Shown: positions 17,004 to 26,938 of the stretch, in pieces
How the letters are laid out: each line of letters starts with the position of its first letter
Numbering within the stretch: position 1 is the first letter of the stretch
DNA from: Eubacteriales bacterium
Lineage (GTDB): Bacteria; Bacillota; Clostridia; Lachnospirales; Lachnospiraceae
Length of the DNA stretch: 64,000 nt
NCBI GenBank assembly: GCA_030531555.1
Contig: JAUNNI010000003.1
Span: 20,130-84,129 of the forward strand
Direction of reading: 5' to 3'
Position numbers and translations under genes: made by a program
Notes under the pieces: model-generated
Told to the model about the DNA's origin: nothing
Databases searched by the model: none
Seen by the model: the letters and a program-made list of their open reading frames with translations, nothing else

Positions 17004-18071
17004 ATGAAGATTATGACATTACAGGAAACCATAGAAAAAATCATGCCCCTCGATGAAGAGGCCATGAAATACACCAGAGCAAGATGGAATACTCTTGGAA
17101 AACCACTCTATAGTCTTGGAAGATTAGAAGAGATGGTAATCGATTTTGCCGGAATTTATCGCGATAAGAAACCAACCATTGGAAAAAAAGCAGTGATTGT
17201 TATGGCGGCAGACAACGGTGTTGTGGCAGAAGGTGTAACTCAGACCGGACAGGAAGTTACAAAGACTGTAACAGAAAATATGACAAAGCATAATGCAACC
17301 ATCTGTATTATGTCTGGTATGAGTGGAGCCGATGTATTTCCTGTGGATATCGGGATTGTCACAGATTGCGACAACCCGGGAGTGATTTCCCGCAAGATCA
17401 AATATGGCACAGATAATATGTTAAAAGGATCTGCCATGAGCAGAGAGGAAGCCATCAAGGCCATCGAAGTTGGGATTGAAATGGTGGAAGACTTAAAAGC
17501 AAAGGGTTATACCCTTTTTGCTACCGGTGAAATGGGAATTGGTAATACCACCACTAGTTCTGCTATCTGTTCCGTGCTTTTGGACCAGTCCGTAGAAAAG
17601 GTAACTGGAAAAGGTGCTGGCCTTAGCAGCAAGGATTTGGAGCATAAGATTGAGGTAATCAAAGAAAGTATTGCCATCAATCAGGTCGATAAAAATGATC
17701 CAATCGATGTACTTTCCAAAGTGGGTGGTCTGGATATTGCAGGTCTTGTTGGATGCTTTATCGGTGCAGCAGCACTCAATGTTCCAATCTTTATCGATGG
17801 ATTTATCTCCTCTGTGGCAGCACTCCTTGCAACAAAGATTGCTCCACAATGTTCCCCATATCTTTTCCCATCCCACTGCTCCAACGAGCCAGCCGGACGT
17901 ATGGTTTTAGATGCCATGGGAAAACAGCCTTATATCCTTGCAAATATGTGCCTTGGAGAAGGAACCGGTGCAGTTATGGGATTCACCATCGCAGATTATG
18001 CATTTAAGGCATATTGGGAGCTTCCAAGTTTTGAACAGACGAACTTTGGAACTTATGAGGAATTAGATTAA
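17004..18071 (+). CDS. cobT: nicotinate-nucleotide:lower-ligand base phosphoribosyltransferase
   Basis: KPLYSLGRLE, AADNGV, GEMGIGNTT, DGFIS, LGEGTGA. Confidence 0.95.
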   Translation: MKIMTLQETIEKIMPLDEEAMKYTRARWNTLGKPLYSLGRLEEMVIDFAGIYRDKKPTIGKKAVIVMAADNGVVAEGVTQTGQEVTKTVTENMTKHNATICIMSGMSGADVFPVDIGIVTDCDNPGVISRKIKYGTDNMLKGSAMSREEAIKAIEVGIEMVEDLKAKGYTLFATGEMGIGNTTTSSAICSVLLDQSVEKVTGKGAGLSSKDLEHKIEVIKESIAINQVDKNDPIDVLSKVGGLDIAGLVGCFIGAAALNVPIFIDGFISSVAALLATKIAPQCSPYLFPSHCSNEPAGRMVLDAMGKQPYILANMCLGEGTGAVMGFTIADYAFKAYWELPSFEQTNFGTYEELD

Positions 18072-18105
18072 GAAGAATAGTTTTAGAATAGAAGGATTAA
18101 AACAT

Positions 18106-18732
18106 ATGTTAGATTCAATTCAGATTGTAAAACCTGCAGATATTGAAAAACGCAGTATGGAAATTATTACCAGCGAATTAAATGGCCGCACATGGCCGGA
18201 CCCGGAATTCGGCATTGTAAAACGTTGCATCCATACTTCTGCAGATTTTGATTATGCGGATAATCTTTGTTTTTCCGAAAACGCAGCCAAGCTGGGTATG
18301 GAAGCCATCAAACGTGGTGCTCATATTGTAACAGATACCCGTATGGCATGGTCCGGAATCAATAAAAAGAAATTGGAATCTTTCGGTGGCCAGGCACATT
18401 GCTTCATGTCCGATGAAGATGTGGCAGCGGAAGCCAAAGAAAGAGGATGCACTCGTGCAGCGATCTGCATGGAGAGAGGCGCAGCTTTAGAAGGCGAAGT
18501 GATCTTTGCGGTAGGAAATGCTCCAACTGCTCTCATTCGTCTTTATGAAATGATTGAAGCAGGTCAGGTGAAACCGGCACTGATCATCGGTGCCCCTGTT
18601 GGATTTGTAAATGTTGTGGAATCCAAAGAGCTGATCATGAAGGCTGGAATTCCATTTATCGTACCACGTGGCAGAAAAGGTGGCAGCAATATCGCAGCAA
18701 CCATCTGCAACGCTATGTTATATCAGATTTAG
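18106..18732 (+). CDS. cbiC: cobalt-precorrin-8 methylmutase
   Basis: KRCIHTSADF, AVGNAPTAL, PVGFVNVVESKE, GRKGGS. Confidence 0.95.
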   Translation: MLDSIQIVKPADIEKRSMEIITSELNGRTWPDPEFGIVKRCIHTSADFDYADNLCFSENAAKLGMEAIKRGAHIVTDTRMAWSGINKKKLESFGGQAHCFMSDEDVAAEAKERGCTRAAICMERGAALEGEVIFAVGNAPTALIRLYEMIEAGQVKPALIIGAPVGFVNVVESKELIMKAGIPFIVPRGRKGGSNIAATICNAMLYQI

Positions 18733-18744
18733 AAGAATTCGTTT

Positions 18745-19821
18745 ATGAAGAAATTAAGAGAAGGGTTTTCCACCGGCTCCTGTATGACAGGAGGTGCAGC
18801 GGCGGCAGCCTTGTGGCTGACCACGGGGCATTGTCCCCATGTAGTTGAGGTGGAGACACCCATTGGAAGAACCTTATATCTGGATGTGATTCCGAAGAAA
18901 AAAGGGACCTGTGGCATCATCAAGGACGCCGGAGATGATCCAGATGTGACTCACGGAAGTGAGATTATCACTTCTGTTGAGATTCTTGATCATGATGGAC
19001 CAATCCATTTTGTGGGAGGTCCGGGAATCGGACGAATCACCCAGGAGGGGCTGAAGATTCCGCCGGGGGACTGGGCCATCAATCCGGTTCCAAGACAGAT
19101 GACGGAAAAGGCCCTTCGCAAGATTATTGGAGAAAAAGCATGTGTAGTGACCGTAACTATTCCGGGAGGGGAAGAACTGGCTAAAAAGACCTTCAATCCT
19201 CGCCTTGGTATTGTGGATGGTTTGTCAATTCTGGGAACTACCGGTATCGTTCGCCCTATGAGTGAAGAAGCTATGAAGGATTCTTTGCTGGCGGAGCTTG
19301 ACATGTATGCCAAACAAGGCTTTCATGAGATTCTTTTCGTCTTAGGAACCACAGGGGAGAATGCATTAAAAGCAGCCTATGGTGAGTTCAAATGCATCCT
19401 TCAAGTGAGTAATTACATCGGTTTTATGATAGAAGAAGCGGTGGAGCGTGGATTTACCACTATTTTAATCGGCGGCTTTGTGGGCAAGCTGGTAAAAGTG
19501 GCGTCTGGAACCATGAACACCCACAGTCATGTGGCTGATGGAAGAATCGAGACCATCTGCACTCATGTGGCACTCCACGGTGCTCCGGTGGAAGTGGTTC
19601 GAAAGATTTACGATTGCATCACCACCAAGGCAGCCATGAAAGTGGTGGAGGAAGAAGGCTATGGAGCCATCTGGCCAAATATCGCGGAGAAGGCATCCCG
19701 CTATTGTATGAAAACAGCCCATGAAATGGCGGAAGTGGGAATCATTTTCTTAGATGGAAATAATGAAATCCTGGCCCAGAGCAAAAATGCAGACTCCGTT
19801 CTTACAAAGGTAAAAAAATAA
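18745..19821 (+). CDS. cbiD: cobalt-precorrin-5B C1-methyltransferase
   Basis: LREGFSTGSC, KDAGDDPDVTHG, TFNPRLGIVDGLSILGTTG, GKLVKVA. Confidence 0.95.
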   Translation: MKKLREGFSTGSCMTGGAAAAALWLTTGHCPHVVEVETPIGRTLYLDVIPKKKGTCGIIKDAGDDPDVTHGSEIITSVEILDHDGPIHFVGGPGIGRITQEGLKIPPGDWAINPVPRQMTEKALRKIIGEKACVVTVTIPGGEELAKKTFNPRLGIVDGLSILGTTGIVRPMSEEAMKDSLLAELDMYAKQGFHEILFVLGTTGENALKAAYGEFKCILQVSNYIGFMIEEAVERGFTTILIGGFVGKLVKVASGTMNTHSHVADGRIETICTHVALHGAPVEVVRKIYDCITTKAAMKVVEEEGYGAIWPNIAEKASRYCMKTAHEMAEVGIIFLDGNNEILAQSKNADSVLTKVKK

Positions 19822-19832
19822 GGAGAACATCC

Positions 19833-21065
19833 ATGAGTATGTTAACCATCGTTGGTATCGGTCCGGGAAATGCCGGGTATTTTATGCCGATTGCCAAAGA
19901 AAAAATGGAAAAAGCCCATACAGTCATCGCTGCAAGACGTATTCTTCCTATGCTTGAGGAAAAATGTGACAGCGAGACCACACAGTTTACGGTCATGGGT
20001 AAGATCAAGGATACTTTCCTTTTGATTGACCAACTGTTAAAAGAAGAAAAAGATGTTGTATTGACGGTTAGCGGAGATCCGCTGATGTACAGTCTTTACA
20101 AAACCATACAAAATGATCCAATCAGCGCAGACTGGAACATGGAGATCCTTCCGGGAATCGGCTCTTTGCAGATGCTTGGTGCAGCCTTCGGAGAAACTAT
20201 GGAGGATGCCAAGCTTTTGAGTGTCCACGGAAGAAGCAAAAGTGCTGGCTCCATCGCCCTGGCAGTGACAGAGAATCCAAAAGTATTCTTTTTATGTAGC
20301 AAAGAACAAGGACCTGCCTGGCTTTCCCAGATTATGCTGGATTATGGCATGAACGATGTTACAGTTTATGCAGGATCTGATTTGTCTTATGATAACCAGC
20401 TTCTTGTAAGCGGCTCTCCAGAAGAGATGGCAAAGAAAGAATTCCCATCCCTTTGCGTCGCCATGATTAAAAACCCTTGTCCAAAGGAAGTCACAAGACC
20501 ATGCTTCTTGTCTGACTCCGATTTTGAGAGGGATAAAACACCGATGACAAAGGAAGAGATTCGTGTGCTCATTCTTCACAAAATGAAGCTGCATCCGGAT
20601 GATATCGTCTGGGATGTGGGGGCAGGAACCGGCTCCATCTCCATCGAGTGTGCAAGACAGGTACCATTTGGACAGGTACATGCCGTTGAAAGAAATGACC
20701 TGGCAATCTCTCTGATTGCAAAAAATAAAGAAAAATTTTCCACAGACAATCTGACCATCTGGCAGGGAGATGCTGCCGAGGAAGTGAAAAAGCTTCCTGT
20801 GCCAACAAAAGTATTTATCGGTGGAAGCGGCGGAAAACTGGCCCAGATCATGGAAGTGATCGCCAGCTTTGGAAGCCCTGTTCAGGTAACGGTTTCTGCA
20901 GTAACCATTGAAACCATTGCAGAATCCAATGAGATTCTTGGAAAATACGATCCAAACTTTGATGTGATCCAGGCAACGGTGGGAAGAGGCCGCAAGATTG
21001 GCAGCTACCACATCATGGACACAAACAATCCGGTGATGATCTTCACCGCTCAGATTGGCCACTAA
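19833..21065 (+). CDS. cbiET: bifunctional CbiE/CbiT (C5 methyltransferase and C15 methyltransferase/decarboxylase)
   Basis: N-terminal VGIGPG and SGDP; C-terminal PMTKEEIR, WDVGAGTGSISIE, FIGGSGG. Confidence 0.93.
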   Translation: MSMLTIVGIGPGNAGYFMPIAKEKMEKAHTVIAARRILPMLEEKCDSETTQFTVMGKIKDTFLLIDQLLKEEKDVVLTVSGDPLMYSLYKTIQNDPISADWNMEILPGIGSLQMLGAAFGETMEDAKLLSVHGRSKSAGSIALAVTENPKVFFLCSKEQGPAWLSQIMLDYGMNDVTVYAGSDLSYDNQLLVSGSPEEMAKKEFPSLCVAMIKNPCPKEVTRPCFLSDSDFERDKTPMTKEEIRVLILHKMKLHPDDIVWDVGAGTGSISIECARQVPFGQVHAVERNDLAISLIAKNKEKFSTDNLTIWQGDAAEEVKKLPVPTKVFIGGSGGKLAQIMEVIASFGSPVQVTVSAVTIETIAESNEILGKYDPNFDVIQATVGRGRKIGSYHIMDTNNPVMIFTAQIGH

Positions 21066-21169
21066 GAAAATATTTTAAAAAAGCTGTTTACTCAAAATCT
21101 CCATTATGCGATTGTGAAGTCACAGCGGATGAATAGATTTCATAAAAATTAAGAAGGAGATTTGATACG

Positions 21170-21952
21170 ATGAGTAAAAAAGCATTAGTTGTTGTAAGTT
21201 TTGGAACCAGTTTTGATGTAGCTATGCCAGCCATTGAGAATATCGAAGCAATCTGTAAAAAAGCATATCCTGATTATGATTTCTTCCGTGCATTTACTTC
21301 CGGAATGATCATCCGTAAGTTAAAAAGAACAAAAGATATCACCATCTTAAATCCAGATGAAGTGATGCAGAAATTGGTGGAAGAAGGGTATGAAGAAGTG
21401 CTTTGTCAGCCAACCCATATCATTAACGGTGTGGAAAATGACAAAATGATCAATATGCTTTCAAAATATAAAGAAGAAATTCCGGTTATCCGCATCGGCA
21501 GTCCACTTCTTACAGAAGAATCTGACTATGCGACATCCTGTGAAATCGTTATGAATGAGCTGGACCATTCTTTAGAAAGCAACGAAGCTTTTGTTCTCAT
21601 GGGACATGGAACCGAACATTATGCCAACAGTGCTTATTGCCAGTTTGAAAATATGCTTCGTGATATGGGACATGAAAATACATATGTTGGTACAGTGGAA
21701 GGCTTCCCAAGTCTTGACTATGTCATTGGCCGTCTTAGAAGAAGAAATATTGAAAAGGTTACTATCATGCCATTGATGATCGTGGCAGGTGACCATGCAA
21801 GAAATGATCTGGCAGGTGCAGAAGCTGATTCCTGGGATTCCATCCTTAAGGCAGAAGGCTTCAAAACATCTGTAATTTTAAAAGGACTTGGCGAAATTGA
21901 CGCCATTGGCGACCTTTTTGTAAAACATTTAGAAGAAGCAAAACAGATCTAG
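21170..21952 (+). CDS. cbiK: sirohydrochlorin cobaltochelatase
   Basis: LVVVSFGTS, RAFTSGMI, QPTHIING, MGHGTEH, PLMIVAGDHA. Confidence 0.95.
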   Translation: MSKKALVVVSFGTSFDVAMPAIENIEAICKKAYPDYDFFRAFTSGMIIRKLKRTKDITILNPDEVMQKLVEEGYEEVLCQPTHIINGVENDKMINMLSKYKEEIPVIRIGSPLLTEESDYATSCEIVMNELDHSLESNEAFVLMGHGTEHYANSAYCQFENMLRDMGHENTYVGTVEGFPSLDYVIGRLRRRNIEKVTIMPLMIVAGDHARNDLAGAEADSWDSILKAEGFKTSVILKGLGEIDAIGDLFVKHLEEAKQI

Positions 21953-21987
21953 AGACATAATCTGGATTTATTGAATAGGAGACTGAT

Positions 21988-22683
21988 ATGAAAGGTAAAT
22001 TGTACGGAATTGGCGTAGGCCCTGGAGATCCGGAATTATTAACATTAAAAGCGAAACGACTGATTGAGGAATGTGACTACGTTGCAGTTCCTGTAAAAAA
22101 AGCCGGGGAGGATAGCGTTGCCCTTAATATTGCAAAGGGTGCTGTAGAGATTCCAGAGGATAAAGTCATCGAGATTCTTTTTACCATGAACAAGGATAAA
22201 GAAAAACGTGAAAAATGCCGTCAGGAAGCAGCCAATGAGATCGCTAAAATCTTGGACGAAGGCCATTCCATTGCCATGCTTGCTCTTGGTGATATCGGTA
22301 TTTACAGCACATATTCTTACGTACACAAACGTTTGATCAATGCAGGCTACGAAGTGCAGATGATTTCTGGTATTCCATCTTTCTGTGCAGGTGCCAGTAC
22401 TGCAAATATTTCCATCGTTGAAGGAAATGAAGGTTTTGGTGTAATTCCATCTTTAAAAGGAATCGATCAGGTAGAAAAAGCTATGGCAGTTTTTGATAAC
22501 CTTGTAATCATGAAGGTTGGAAATCATGTCAAAGAGGTTTATGACATTTTAAAAGCACAGGGCAAAGAAGACAATGCCATCATTATCAGTAACGTGGGAA
22601 TGGAAGGAGAATACGTTGGTCCATTGCTCCCAGAACGTGAGTATGGATATTTCACAACGATGATTATTAAAAATGAATTATAA
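21988..22683 (+). CDS. cbiL: cobalt-precorrin-2 C20-methyltransferase
   Basis: LYGIGVGPGDPELLTLKA, LGDIGIYST, ISGIPS, VIMKV. Confidence 0.92.
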   Translation: MKGKLYGIGVGPGDPELLTLKAKRLIEECDYVAVPVKKAGEDSVALNIAKGAVEIPEDKVIEILFTMNKDKEKREKCRQEAANEIAKILDEGHSIAMLALGDIGIYSTYSYVHKRLINAGYEVQMISGIPSFCAGASTANISIVEGNEGFGVIPSLKGIDQVEKAMAVFDNLVIMKVGNHVKEVYDILKAQGKEDNAIIISNVGMEGEYVGPLLPEREYGYFTTMIIKNEL

Positions 22684-23377
22684 TACCATCGTCATTGCGG
22701 GAACGAAAGATTCAAGAGAAGTCATCGAACAGCAGTTAAAGGAAGGAAAAAGTATTCTTGCCTGTGTTGCCACAGATTTAGGTGCAGAAATGCTGGAAGA
22801 GTATGGGATTGATCTCCATGTAGGACGATTGGACCTTTCTGGCTTTCTCCAGCTATTCAAAGAAAATCCTTGCGATAAGATCATCGATGCGTCTCATCCA
22901 TTTGCTAAAATTGTTACCGATACGGTAATCAAGGCAGCAGAAGAATTGGGAATCCCTTATGAACGCCATGAAAGAAATCATCTTACCTATGATTATGACA
23001 AGATTATCTCCGTGGCGGATATGGAGGAAGCTATTGCGGTTCTCAATAGCATGGAGGGAAATATCTTTCTGACAACAGGAGTCAATACCTGTGGTGCTTA
23101 CCAAAAGGGTGTGAGCGACGCCAAGAACAGAGTCTATGTCCGTGTGTTAGATAATGCCGCATCTTATGAGGGATGTGAAAAAGCCGGATATGACAAGGAG
23201 CATGTTTTTGGAGAGATGCCTCCTTATAGTGTGGAGGATAATCTGAGACTGATCCGAAAAACTAATGCGACCGTCATGGTATCGAAAGACAGTGGTGCCA
23301 CCGGCGGTGTGGATGTGAAGGTAAATGCCTGTAAAGAAGCAGGAATTCCGATGGTTTTAATTCGCAGACCACAGTAG
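22673..23377 (+). CDS. cbiJ: cobalt-precorrin-6A reductase
   Basis: IAGTKDSR, IIDASHPFA, FLTTG, VSKDSG, VLIRRP. Confidence 0.93.
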   Translation: MNYNTIVIAGTKDSREVIEQQLKEGKSILACVATDLGAEMLEEYGIDLHVGRLDLSGFLQLFKENPCDKIIDASHPFAKIVTDTVIKAAEELGIPYERHERNHLTYDYDKIISVADMEEAIAVLNSMEGNIFLTTGVNTCGAYQKGVSDAKNRVYVRVLDNAASYEGCEKAGYDKEHVFGEMPPYSVEDNLRLIRKTNATVMVSKDSGATGGVDVKVNACKEAGIPMVLIRRPQ

Positions 23378-23395
23378 TATCCATATGGAAAAGAG

Positions 23396-24760
23396 ATGAC
23401 ATTTATGAATCAAAAACAGAAGATGCCAAGGATTATGTTTGCCGGAGCCAATAGTGGCTGTGGAAAAACAAGCATAACCTGTGGTGTATTACAGGCTTTG
23501 GTGGACAGAGGCATGTCCATTCAGGCTTATAAATGCGGGCCGGATTACATCGACCCCATGCTGCACAGCCATATCACAAAAGGAACGTGCAGAAATTTAG
23601 ATCCATTTTTCTCCACAGGAGAGGATCTCAGGTACCTCATGGCTAAAGATAGTGCTAAAGTGGATTTTTCCGTGGTGGAAGGCGTTATGGGCTACTATGA
23701 TGGTATCGGTGTATCCTGTGAGAAAAGCACTTACACGGTATCGGTGGAGACAAAAACTCCAGTCATTCTTATTTTTAATGTGAAAGGAATGTCTCACACC
23801 ATGATTCCTTTGATCAAAGGTATGATCGAATACCAGAAAAATCCGGTCAAAGGTGTGATTTTGAACCGTTGCAGTAAGGGTATGTTCCAGATGATGAAGC
23901 CGGAGATTGAAAAAGCTCTTCCGGTAAAAGTTGTGGGATATTTCCCACCGAAAGAGGGAATCTACATCGGCAGCCGTCATTTAGGGCTCATGACTGCAGC
24001 AGAAATCCAGAATTTGGATGAGGTTTTGGCCGTGCTTGGCGATACTGCCAGAGAAGGCATCGATTTGGATGCAATCCTGGCCATTGGTCAGGAAGCTGCA
24101 GAACTTCCGGTGGTAGAAAAAGTAATTCCGGAGAAGAAAAAAGCGAGAATTGCTGTGGCCATGGACAAGGCATTTTGCTTCTATTATCAGGAAAACTTAG
24201 AGATTCTTGAGGAGATGGGAGCGGAGCTGGTTCCATTTAGCCCGGTCAATGATATAAAGCTTCCGGAGGATATTGGCGGCATCTATCTTGGTGGCGGATA
24301 TCCAGAAACTTACCGAAAAGAACTGGCAGAAAATGATTCCATGCGTCAGGCCATTCGTGCAGCGGCAGAAGAAGGAAAACCAGTTTTTGCAGAATGTGGA
24401 GGTTTTATGTATGCCTGTGACCATCTCATTGAGCTAGATGGCAGCAGTGAACCGATGTTGGGACTGATTCCTACGGATGTTCAGATGACCAGTAAGTTAT
24501 CCATGCAATTTGGCTATGTGACCCTGACCGGTCAAAAAGACAGTTCCTTTATCAAAAAAGACGAGGAAATCCACGTCCATGAATTCCATTATTCCAAAGC
24601 CATCAAGCGTGGGGACCAGGCCGTCATGACAAAGTCCACCGGCAGAAAATGGGAAGGGCTTTACGTGGAAGGAAATGTTTTAGCCGGATATCCACATTTT
24701 TATTTCCATAACTGTAAAGAAGTTGCCAGACGTTTTGTCGATATGGCAGCAAGATTCTAA
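23396..24760 (+). CDS. cbiA: cobyrinate a,c-diamide synthase
   Basis: SGCGKT, YKCGPDYIDP, EGVMGYYDG, SRHLGL, FCFYY, AECGGFMY, HEFHYS. Confidence 0.95.
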   Translation: MTFMNQKQKMPRIMFAGANSGCGKTSITCGVLQALVDRGMSIQAYKCGPDYIDPMLHSHITKGTCRNLDPFFSTGEDLRYLMAKDSAKVDFSVVEGVMGYYDGIGVSCEKSTYTVSVETKTPVILIFNVKGMSHTMIPLIKGMIEYQKNPVKGVILNRCSKGMFQMMKPEIEKALPVKVVGYFPPKEGIYIGSRHLGLMTAAEIQNLDEVLAVLGDTAREGIDLDAILAIGQEAAELPVVEKVIPEKKKARIAVAMDKAFCFYYQENLEILEEMGAELVPFSPVNDIKLPEDIGGIYLGGGYPETYRKELAENDSMRQAIRAAAEEGKPVFAECGGFMYACDHLIELDGSSEPMLGLIPTDVQMTSKLSMQFGYVTLTGQKDSSFIKKDEEIHVHEFHYSKAIKRGDQAVMTKSTGRKWEGLYVEGNVLAGYPHFYFHNCKEVARRFVDMAARF

Positions 24761-24779
24761 TGGAAGAAAAGAGAAAACT

Positions 24780-25784
24780 ATGAAATTAATCTATGCTATG
24801 ATCCTGGGCTTCGCCATCGATCTTCTGGTGGGGGATCCCCATGGATTGATTCATCCGGTCCAGATCATCGGATGGTTTATCACAAAAATAAAAAATGGAA
24901 TGCAGCATATGATCTATGGCTGCTCCTACCAGGAAGTGAAGGAGAAGAATCTCCCAAGAAAAGAAAAAGCAGAGCTGCTTTGTGGCTATGTGCTGACGCT
25001 GGTGATCGTGCTTGGTACATTTGCTGTAGTTTACGGCATTCTTTTTCTGGCTGGTAAAGTTCATCCAATGCTTGCTTTTGCTTTGGAAACCTTCTTTATA
25101 TATCAGATTCTTGCGACAAAAAGTCTTAAAAAAGAATCTATGAAAGTTTATTACAAACTAAAAGAAGGAGACCTCGCCGGAGCGAGAGTGGAAATTTCTT
25201 ATCTGGTTGGAAGAGATACCATGGAACTTGATGAGAGCGAAGTGGCCAAAGCTGACGTTGAGACCATCGCGGAGAATACTGCAGATGGAATCATCGCGCC
25301 ACTTTTCTTTATTGCTCTTGGAGGCGCACCTCTGGGATTTGCCTATAAAGCAGTAAATACTCTGGATTCCATGGTGGCTTACCGCAATGAGGAGCTGATT
25401 CATATTGGGCATGCTTCCGCCCATTTAGATGATATCTGCAACTTTATTCCTGCAAGAATCGCAGCGGTTTTAATGATTTTATCCAGTGCGATTTTACGAT
25501 TTGACACCAAAGGTGCCATCCGTATCTTTAAGAGAGACCGTTTTAATCACCTGAGCCCAAACAGTGCACAGACAGAAGCGGTTGCGGCCGGGGCACTGAA
25601 TATTCAGCTGGGTGGAACCCATCTTTACTTTGGTAAGCCGGTTGTAAAACCAACCATTGGAGATGATATCCGTCCGGTAGAGTACGAAGATATTAAAAGA
25701 ACCAATCAAATGTTATATGTCAGTGCCACCTTAATGCTGGTACTTGGCGTAGGAATTGCGGCTTTGATCGCATTTCTTGTGTAA
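24780..25784 (+). CDS. cbiB: adenosylcobinamide-phosphate synthase
   Basis: GDP...HPV, VGRDT, ETIAENTADG, YKAVNTLDSMV, SPNSA. Start at ATG 24780. Confidence 0.95.
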   Translation: MKLIYAMILGFAIDLLVGDPHGLIHPVQIIGWFITKIKNGMQHMIYGCSYQEVKEKNLPRKEKAELLCGYVLTLVIVLGTFAVVYGILFLAGKVHPMLAFALETFFIYQILATKSLKKESMKVYYKLKEGDLAGARVEISYLVGRDTMELDESEVAKADVETIAENTADGIIAPLFFIALGGAPLGFAYKAVNTLDSMVAYRNEELIHIGHASAHLDDICNFIPARIAAVLMILSSAILRFDTKGAIRIFKRDRFNHLSPNSAQTEAVAAGALNIQLGGTHLYFGKPVVKPTIGDDIRPVEYEDIKRTNQMLYVSATLMLVLGVGIAALIAFLV

Positions 25785-25817
25785 CTTGCAAATAAAACGA
25801 AAACAGAGGGTTTTAAG

Positions 25818-26879
25818 ATGAAGAAAGATTCACATGGCGGAAATATATATAAAAAAGCGAAAGAACTGGGAATTCGGGAAGAGGATATCCTTGATTTTTC
25901 TGCCAATATCAGTCCATTGGGACTCCCACAGGAGATCCGTGAAGCTATGATCCAGGCCGTCGATGGGATTATCAACTACCCGGATCCGGAATGCATGGAA
26001 CTTCGAGAGGCCATAGCAGCCTGTGATCATGTGGAGGAGGAATGGATTGCCTGCGGAAACGGAGGAGCAGATCTTCTTTATCGAATTGCCTTTGGTTTAA
26101 AACCGAAAAAAGTCCTTCTTCCGGTCCCAGCCTTTGTGGAATACGAGGAGGCCTTGACAGCTTCTGGAGCAGAGATGGTTTACGTCCCTATGGATGAGAC
26201 CATGCTGCCAGGGGAGGAAGTCATTGATCAGATTACGGAGGATATCGATTTGATTGTTCTCTGCAATCCAAACAATCCAACCGGGCTTTTAGTGAATAGA
26301 GATTTTATTATTCGCGTTATTGAAAAAGCTGCCTTAGTTGGAGCCAAGCTTCTTCTTGATGAATGCTTCCTGGAAATATGTAGCAGGGAAGAAGCATACA
26401 CTTTAAAACCATACCTTGGTCACTACCATAATCTGATGATTTTAAAATCATTTACCAAGCTGTATGCAATCCCAGGGGTAAGACTGGGTTACCTTTTAAG
26501 TAGCAATTCAGATTTAATTGCTTCGGTAAACCATGCCGGACAGGCCTGGTCTGTAAGCACCATGGCCCAGAAAGCAGGGGTTTGTGCTTTATCCTTAGCA
26601 GAATACAAACAGGCTGTCATTGATAAGGTGGCAGAGGAGCTTACTTTTATGAAGGAGCGAATGAAAGCGTTGCCAATCCGTCTTTATGATGGACAGGCCA
26701 ACTATCTCTTTTTCCGTGCTCCGGGCTGTACGGATTTGGATCGTCGTTTGGAAAAGAAAGGCATCATGATAAGAAATTGTAGCAATTATGTGAATCTTAC
26801 CAATGATTACTGGAGAGTTGCGGTAAAGGACCGGGCATCCAATGAACGACTTATTGCTGCCTTAAAAGAAGTATTTTAA
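25818..26879 (+). CDS. cobD: L-threonine-O-3-phosphate decarboxylase (PLP)
   Basis: HGGN, DFSANISPLG, YPDP, CNPNNPTG, DECF, SFTKLYAIPGVRLGY; cob operon context. Confidence 0.9.
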   Translation: MKKDSHGGNIYKKAKELGIREEDILDFSANISPLGLPQEIREAMIQAVDGIINYPDPECMELREAIAACDHVEEEWIACGNGGADLLYRIAFGLKPKKVLLPVPAFVEYEEALTASGAEMVYVPMDETMLPGEEVIDQITEDIDLIVLCNPNNPTGLLVNRDFIIRVIEKAALVGAKLLLDECFLEICSREEAYTLKPYLGHYHNLMILKSFTKLYAIPGVRLGYLLSSNSDLIASVNHAGQAWSVSTMAQKAGVCALSLAEYKQAVIDKVAEELTFMKERMKALPIRLYDGQANYLFFRAPGCTDLDRRLEKKGIMIRNCSNYVNLTNDYWRVAVKDRASNERLIAALKEVF

Positions 26880-26938
26880 AGAAGAGAATAAGGGTTCTAA
26901 GGGACCGTATTGATAGAAAAAGAAACAGGAGGATCGTT

